A stretch of DNA of 64,000 bases from a virus. Taxonomy: Duplodnaviria > Heunggongvirae > Uroviricota > Caudoviricetes. This document shows, in pieces, positions 59,480 to 64,000 of the stretch (position 1 is the stretch's first letter; each line of letters opens with the position of its first letter). The stretch covers positions 36,535 through 100,534 of the IMG/VR virus record IMGVR_UViG_3300028833_002293, one strand, 5' to 3'. The position numbers and the translations under genes were made by a program. A model generated the notes under the pieces. That model had not been told where the DNA came from and did no database searches. It saw only the letters and a program-made list of their open reading frames with translations.

Positions 59480-59562
59480 GCTCTAACCCTACTGAGCTAC
59501 CGCCACATATAGATAATAAATGGTGTGGCGGACAGGATTCGAACCTGTGACCCCTAGCATAG
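59480..59562 (-). ncRNA. permuted or split tRNA arrangement: 3' half (T-arm plus CCGCCAC-ACCA) lies 14 nt upstream of its complementary 5' half (GTGGCGG plus D-arm)
   Basis: minus strand: ...ACAGG-TTCGAAT-CCTGT-CCGCCAC-ACCA-TTTATTATCTATAT-GTGGCGG-TA-GCTC-AGTAGGGTTA-GAGC-AC...; acceptor strands are perfectly complementary and a CCA is encoded. Confidence 0.35.
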
Positions 59563-59605
59563 CGTGCTTTTTAAACGATGTACTTTGCTGTACGTTTCCA
59601 CCTTG

Positions 59606-59676
59606 AGAGGGTAAAGGGAATCGAACCCTTGTATGAAGATTGGAAGTCTCCCGCACTACCACTGTGCTATACCCTC
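59606..59676 (-). tRNA. tRNA-Gly (anticodon UCC)
   Basis: reverse complement: GAGGGTA-TA-GCAC-AGTGGTA-GTGC-G-GGAGA-CTTCCAA-TCTTC-ATAC-AAGGG-TTCGATT-CCCTT-TACCCTC. Confidence 0.6.
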
Positions 59677-59919
59677 AATGATGAACTAACTTCGTGATAC
59701 CATTTACACTACAAGTATGAAAAGAACGCAATCCTCGGCAAAAAGTACGAGAAACAATGGTATCTGGTTTGGTATTAGTCCGTGAGCTGTTTACCTTTCG
59801 CAGCAACCGTTTACCTAATCATTTTAGAAAATTAAGGAGAATGTAGACAAAACTTATGATTGGTAAACTTGCGGTTTTATTTAACGTAAACCACCGCCAA
59901 CGCATATTTCTCCCAAATT

Positions 59920-60933
59920 TTACTGAAGTACCTTAACTATTGCTAGACGATTGAGCTGCACGCCAATACCTTTCCAACTATTGACTCTTACACCACGTTT
60001 TGTCAAGTAATTAGCTACCACTTCTGCACGACTTTCAGAAATCATCTGATTAAATTCAGGCGTACCTTCTGGAGAAGCAGTACCAATAACGTCTACAATA
60101 ATGTCTTGTCCGATTGAATTCAATATTGTTTTAGCATTGTCAGATAAATCTGCCTTACCTTGTTCAAACTCTACAGTCCAATCATTTTTATTAATAGTTA
60201 CTTCAGTTTTTTTTTCCACTGTAGGTTTTCTATCCATACATTCCTTAAGGTCTGACTTAAGTTGGTCTATCCTTCCTCTTTGATATTCAATTTCAGAATT
60301 CATTAGTCCAATGTCATATGTCTTAAAGTGATGTGTGCCATTACTGTTTTTAAAATGGTAAACATAAGTTGCCATTAAACTGACAAGTGCATTATGGTTA
60401 TTAAACTGAATGCGGCCATCATCATTCCTAAGAAGCCAATAAATTGCTGGAGTAATTACCAATGAATGAATCTTCTTCTTGCCAAAATTGAATGCTAGGT
60501 CTGAACCTGTTTTAAGTGAAATATTATTCCTTCCACCATCAAAGGCACTATGCCATCCTAATCCACCGACTGTGGACACTTCGAAAGACCTAGGTCTGCC
60601 AATATAACCTCCAATAATGTTCGAAATGTTAAGCACACCATTCACACCAATATTGGCATTCTTGAACGCAGTTCTAGCATTTCCCACATGATTATCACTG
60701 AGAGATGTTAAAAACTCAAGCTGAGTGCCAAATACTGGAGTAATTCCCTTGCTAAACGCAAAACCAAAAGTGGTGTTCATTGGGAATACATTGTCAAAAT
60801 CAAGAGGTGTGGTCACACCAAATGTTCCACTAACGCTAAGATTATCAAGCGCATTGCTATTTTCAGTAGCAATCTGTGCATTTGCACTTACAATGGCACT
60901 AAACAGTGCCAACATCAAAAAAATTTTCTTCAT
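59920..60933 (-). CDS. OmpA-family outer-membrane protein (signal peptide, beta-barrel, C-terminal OmpA peptidoglycan-binding domain)
   Basis: 337 aa; N-terminal signal MKKIFLMLALFSAIVSANA; C-terminal segment (TASPEGTPEFNQMISESRAEVVANYLTKRGV) matches the OmpA_C signature. Confidence 0.55.
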   Translation of the reverse strand: MKKIFLMLALFSAIVSANAQIATENSNALDNLSVSGTFGVTTPLDFDNVFPMNTTFGFAFSKGITPVFGTQLEFLTSLSDNHVGNARTAFKNANIGVNGVLNISNIIGGYIGRPRSFEVSTVGGLGWHSAFDGGRNNISLKTGSDLAFNFGKKKIHSLVITPAIYWLLRNDDGRIQFNNHNALVSLMATYVYHFKNSNGTHHFKTYDIGLMNSEIEYQRGRIDQLKSDLKECMDRKPTVEKKTEVTINKNDWTVEFEQGKADLSDNAKTILNSIGQDIIVDVIGTASPEGTPEFNQMISESRAEVVANYLTKRGVRVNSWKGIGVQLNRLAIVKVLQ

Positions 60934-61103
60934 AACTTTTATTTAATATTATTTAGAATTAATTAGTCATAAAAAATAAGGGAACTATGTTTTGATAGAA
61001 TCGAACTACCTATTTTTTATTTCACAGATAAAAAAATTAACCAAATAAAACTTGCTGTAAGTTCCCGCATATATACTATTTCTTGCAGATTGTATATTCT
61101 AAT

Positions 61104-61418
61104 TTAGAACGGCAAATCATCTACACTTGGAAGTTTTTTGAATTTCCATTTATATATATAAGTTTTTACACCATCTTTCTTCACCATATGAAAAGTCGGT
61201 ATTCTCACGTCATAACCCTTTCTCTCGAATGTTCTCACAACTAGTTCAAATGCCTCATAGCAATATGGATGCTGTGAAGTTTCAATCTCTAAATCGAGTT
61301 CATCGCCAGGGTCTTTAATATCGTATTCATCTAGACTTTCAATAATCTCCTTTATGAAGAAATGACAGTATCTAGGAAAATCGACATCTTCTTTTGTTAT
61401 CTTCTTATATTCACCCAT
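61104..61418 (-). CDS. hypothetical protein
   Basis: 104 aa ORF. Confidence 0.45.
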   Translation of the reverse strand: MGEYKKITKEDVDFPRYCHFFIKEIIESLDEYDIKDPGDELDLEIETSQHPYCYEAFELVVRTFERKGYDVRIPTFHMVKKDGVKTYIYKWKFKKLPSVDDLPF

Positions 61419-61843
61419 AACATTGCCTTTAAAAAACGGATACTTTTGTTTAATAGACCAATACCTACGAATAGGTGCTTAAACCATTTTATTAGGTTTA
61501 GCTTGGATTCGAACCAAGAAATTGTAACAAAGTCACATTGCTGTTAGTATCCTTGAGTTAACTATATCAACTATCACGTTTGGACTGCTACTAGAGACCT
61601 TACCCCCATCCATACCTCTCTAGGAAGATAACCTAGCACATTCTTTCAATTTCCATGACCCCACAGTTTATTGGACTTACGTGGCACGATTATTTGATAT
61701 ATAGTTGATGGTGTGGGATTCGAACCCACGTTGCCGATAGGCTGCGTTCCTACAGAAATTATTCACCTATCCATAGGATTCACTACTCTCTAGTTTCTTT
61801 TAGTACCGCCTTGCGCAATCCAGCTTACTGAACCATCAATTTG

Positions 61844-61916
61844 TCGAGAATGTTGGATTTGAACCACTCCCCATCACCCCAGATGACGTATGCTACCCGT
61901 TTACACTACATTCTCG
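61844..61916 (-). tRNA. tRNA, anticodon uncertain (possibly GGG, Pro-type); canonical acceptor stem and T-arm
   Basis: reverse complement: CGAGAAT...GTGG-TTCAAAT-CCAAC-ATTCTCG-A. Confidence 0.4.
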
Positions 61917-61929
61917 ATTTTCGGAAACA

Positions 61930-62000
61930 TTTTTTATTTTTTACATTGCTCTACCAACTGAGCTACAACGAGCTATTGCCCATTGAAGAGACTCGAACTC
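61930..62000 (-). ncRNA. third instance of a T-arm/acceptor-3' segment immediately upstream of a tRNA 5' half (GCTCGTT plus D-arm)
   Basis: minus strand: AAGAG-TTCGAGT-CTCTT-CAATGGG-C-AATA-GCTCGTT-GTA-GCTC-AGTTGGTA-GAGC-AATG. Confidence 0.25.
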
Positions 62001-62214
62001 TTGACCTACGGATTACAAATCATAATAAAAACGTTTGCATTGCTGTATGTTTCCTTTTATGTTTTATGAGACTGTTTTGGCTCTATGCTTTCTGTTCTAT
62101 CACGTTCCAATACGTAATCCCTAAGAAGGGTTAGGCTTAACGAATTATTCTTTTACATTTCATTCGCCCTCTTGCTACTATAGCAAGACTGTGATTACTC
62201 ACCGTTCAGTCTCA

Positions 62215-62285
62215 TTGAGCAAGCCTATGGAATTGAACCATTCTCGCCCTCGGTTGAGGACAGTGCTACCGTTACACCAAAGCCG
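62215..62285 (-). ncRNA. mini tRNA-like element (acceptor-like end, D-arm, one hairpin, TTCAATT T-loop; no anticodon arm)
   Basis: reverse complement: GCGGCTT-TG-GTGT-AACGG..GTCCTC-AACC-GAGGGC..ATGG-TTCAATT-CCAT. Confidence 0.25.
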
Positions 62286-62299
62286 CATTTCATTTCTGT

Positions 62300-62338
62300 T
62301 TTGCAAAGATATATAAAATATTTCTTATTTCCAAATTT
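62300..62338 (-). promoter_or_regulatory. Bacteroidota-type promoter in the tRNA array
   Basis: ttgcaaagatatataaaatatttcttatttccaaat. Confidence 0.55.
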
Positions 62339-62479
62339 TTTAGAATTTTTTTTATTAAAATCCCATTTCTTCTTTTTGGGCGAAGTGTTGGTAATGCTCC
62401 AACGTCTTGAGTGCCACAAACTCACATTCTGCTTTTGAACTAACTACGCCATATTAAAAAAATCGGAATCTATTTTTTT

Positions 62480-62551
62480 TCGGAATTGTTGGATTCGAAC
62501 CAACGTCTCAAAATTATCAGTTTTGCATCTTAACCACTTGATTAAATTTCG
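62480..62551 (-). tRNA. tRNA-Ile (anticodon GAU), second copy; one A-C mismatch in acceptor
   Basis: reverse complement: CGAAATT-TA-ATC..GAT-G-CAAAA-CTGATAA-TTTTG-AGAC-GTTGG-TTCGAAT-CCAAC-AATTCCG-A. Confidence 0.5.
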
Positions 62552-62581
62552 TAAATTATCTTGCTGTTAGATTCCTTGTAG

Positions 62582-62653
62582 TTGCTAGGGTAGGACTCTG
62601 ACCTACAATCTCTTGGTAAAATCCAAGGCTTTGTGTAATTAAGCTACCTAGCA
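62582..62653 (-). tRNA. tRNA-Lys-like (UUU) with irregular anticodon-loop length and non-canonical T-loop
   Basis: reverse complement: TGCTAGG-TA-GCTT-AATTACACA-AAGC-C-CTTGG-ATTTTA(C)-CCAAG..GTAGG-TCAGAGT-CCTAC-CCTAGCA-A. Confidence 0.4.
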
Positions 62654-62744
62654 AAAATGCCAACACTCTAGAATTCTTGCATTATTACCTCTATAGTCTT
62701 ATGCTACTCTTAGAGAGGTTGTCTAAAGACTTGTACTAGCTTGT

Positions 62745-63368
62745 CGGAGAGGAGGGATTCGAACCCCCTGCATTTCTTATGTACTAGATTTCTTGCCACA
62801 CTATGTTACCATAGCCAAACTTAACAATAACGTATATACGAGGCACATGTCCCCATGCATCCAACCGATGATGCGTTAAATTTGTTGTGGTCTGGAATAC
62901 ATCTTTACCATATTGAAATTCTTCGAAGTTAATGTTCAGTAATTCCTATCATCTGTTTCATCTGATACGTCTACTTAAAATTAGATAGATATGTACATTA
63001 AATTTCAACTTAGGCATTCTTATCAGATACGTCTGAATAGAATGTGAGGGTATTCAATATATTTCCCTCATATCTCCTCTATACTCTCTACACGTTTATG
63101 AGAATCTTTCATTATCCATCTTCTTCCATTTTACTGATGGCTCTTCTCAATTTAGCACGGTATTATCCTTCCTTATTGTTTCAGATGCAGTTTACGTTTG
63201 CTGCAAGCCATTAAAGCCGTATTCCACTTTCGCCTATAGGCTACTAAGGGTCTTCAATTTTAACTAGGACTTCCACCGTTTTAGGGAGATTCTCATATGG
63301 GATTTCTCGCCATATGATGCAAATTCCTTACAGTCTAGCGCCCATCCACCATCTGAGCAGCTCTCCGA
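62745..63368 (-). ncRNA. ~620-nt mosaic RNA module, copy 2: termini CGGAGAG...CTCTCCG with a D-arm-like 5' end and a T-arm at the 3' end
   Basis: same five conserved blocks and GNRA hairpin CTATG-GTAA-CATAG as 54736..55311. Confidence 0.4.
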
Positions 63369-63590
63369 TTTTAAAGCATAGGTTTCTCAACCACAATCCT
63401 TTCGAATTGACCACAGTGGTGAACTGTGTATGCTTTAGTGCTTATTTAATTTTTCTATTTCTTTATTTATCGTCATAACAACACGGATATGGGCATTTTA
63501 CCCTTAGTATCCTATCACGCCCATCACAAGGGTTACAAGAGCATGCGTCACAACGTTTTTTCCATCTTTCATTATATTCATCCATAGCAC

Positions 63591-63989
63591 TCATTTAAAT
63601 TTACCTAGCCTTATACCTTCAACAAGGTAATTGTAAATTATTTCCCAATCTGTTTCGGCTTCAAATCCGAATTTGTCATCAATACCTACATTGAAATATG
63701 TCTTTTCATCAAAGCAAGATAGACTTGTGTTCTCAGTTTCAGTGTTGACATTTACAAAATCGAATCTTATGCCATTCTCCTTAAAGTATTCAAAATACTC
63801 ATTAATGACGTTGTTATAGGTTGATGTCCAGAGTATCAATGAAATCTGCTGCGAATGAGCCATGATGTCCAAAGCCTCTTTAGCATAAGGATACCACTTG
63901 TGCTCTTCCTTATCATAGTAGCAAGCCTCAAATACAGTGTCATGAATATCTACAAGCACATATATTTTTTCCCAATTGCGCTCTTTCAT
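63591..63989 (-). CDS. hypothetical protein
   Basis: 132 aa ORF. Confidence 0.45.
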   Translation of the reverse strand: MKERNWEKIYVLVDIHDTVFEACYYDKEEHKWYPYAKEALDIMAHSQQISLILWTSTYNNVINEYFEYFKENGIRFDFVNVNTETENTSLSCFDEKTYFNVGIDDKFGFEAETDWEIIYNYLVEGIRLGKFK

Positions 63990-64000
63990 TCGTTTGAACG

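Noticed and set aside
712-62134. Plus-strand ORFs in the six-frame track (e.g. 712..969, 851..1051, 1182..1367, 1886..2107, 2893..3111, 4740..4970, 11614..11907, 13089..13404, 14355..14862, 17942..18299, 25326..25574, 26538..27056, 31644..31910, 32454..32837, 60101..60946)
   Set aside because: Each lies antisense within a longer, better-supported minus-strand ORF. None has the conserved promoter in the plus orientation. Coding organisation is overwhelmingly single-stranded here.
33107-62425. Short ORFs overlapping tRNA or rRNA-like sequence (33107..33373, 33180..33365, 36147..36576, 38719..39091, 39670..39891, 42062..42280, 43188..43391, 48140..48358, 51898..52116, 52078..52278, 54304..54528, 58891..59136, 61841..62134, 62225..62425; also the N-terminus of 32861..33307)
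   Set aside because: Their translations contain the GSNPS / GFEPT-type peptides produced by reading through tRNA T-arms, or they run through rRNA-like segments. They are artefacts of structured RNA genes.
1-64000. Alternative genetic code (TAG or TGA reassignment) operating in this window
   Set aside because: All long ORFs (up to 826 aa) are uninterrupted in the standard code. The CUA-anticodon tRNA is therefore flagged only as a candidate whose targets, if any, must lie elsewhere in the genome.
38400-64000. Organelle (mitochondrial-type fragmented rRNA plus tRNA punctuation) or reduced-endosymbiont origin of the RNA-rich half
   Set aside because: The proteins use the standard code and are accessory, phage-like functions (HNH endonucleases, NAD salvage, DHFR, RNA ligase) rather than respiratory or translation core genes. 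The repeated promoter is the Bacteroidota sigma-A type. A phage accessory region is the more parsimonious reading.

Overview
AT-rich (~33% GC) window in which almost every credible gene is on the minus strand. Nearly every gene or RNA unit is preceded, at higher coordinates, by a strongly conserved Bacteroidota-type sigma-A promoter. Plus-strand copies read tgcaaagata[t/c]gaaaaa...ccaaat; on the minus strand this is TTTG(-33)...TAnnTTTG(-7). More than 25 copies were found. Together with three to four HNH homing endonucleases, two hairpin terminators and the absence of host core genes, this looks like an accessory (auxiliary/anti-defence) region of a large virulent phage of a Bacteroidota host, possibly crAss-like. 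That assignment is inference; no capsid, portal or terminase gene was recognised here. The first ~38 kb encodes standard-code proteins. They include a dispersed NAD+ salvage set (NAPRTase/NAMPT-family enzyme, PncA nicotinamidase, CinA/PncC-type NMN deamidase, Nudix, HIT, NADAR/YbiA-like). They also include a tRNA-repair set (KxDG RNA ligase, CCA-adding enzyme, calcineurin-like phosphoesterase), DHFR, a RecA-superfamily ATPase, BspA-type LRR and lipoprotein genes, and a GC-rich island. From ~38.6 kb to the end the window is dominated by a very large minus-strand tRNA array (about 30 tRNA genes plus many non-canonical tRNA-like units). Notable unusual items are: a class-II tRNA with a CUA (amber-reading) anticodon; class-II (Ser-like) tRNAs carrying Asn/Arg/Met/Lys-type anticodons; split or permuted tRNA halves; two ~600-nt mosaic RNA modules with tRNA-like ends; and scattered non-colinear LSU rRNA-like fragments on both strands. 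All RNA calls were made by eye, without covariance models, and need tRNAscan-SE/Infernal confirmation.
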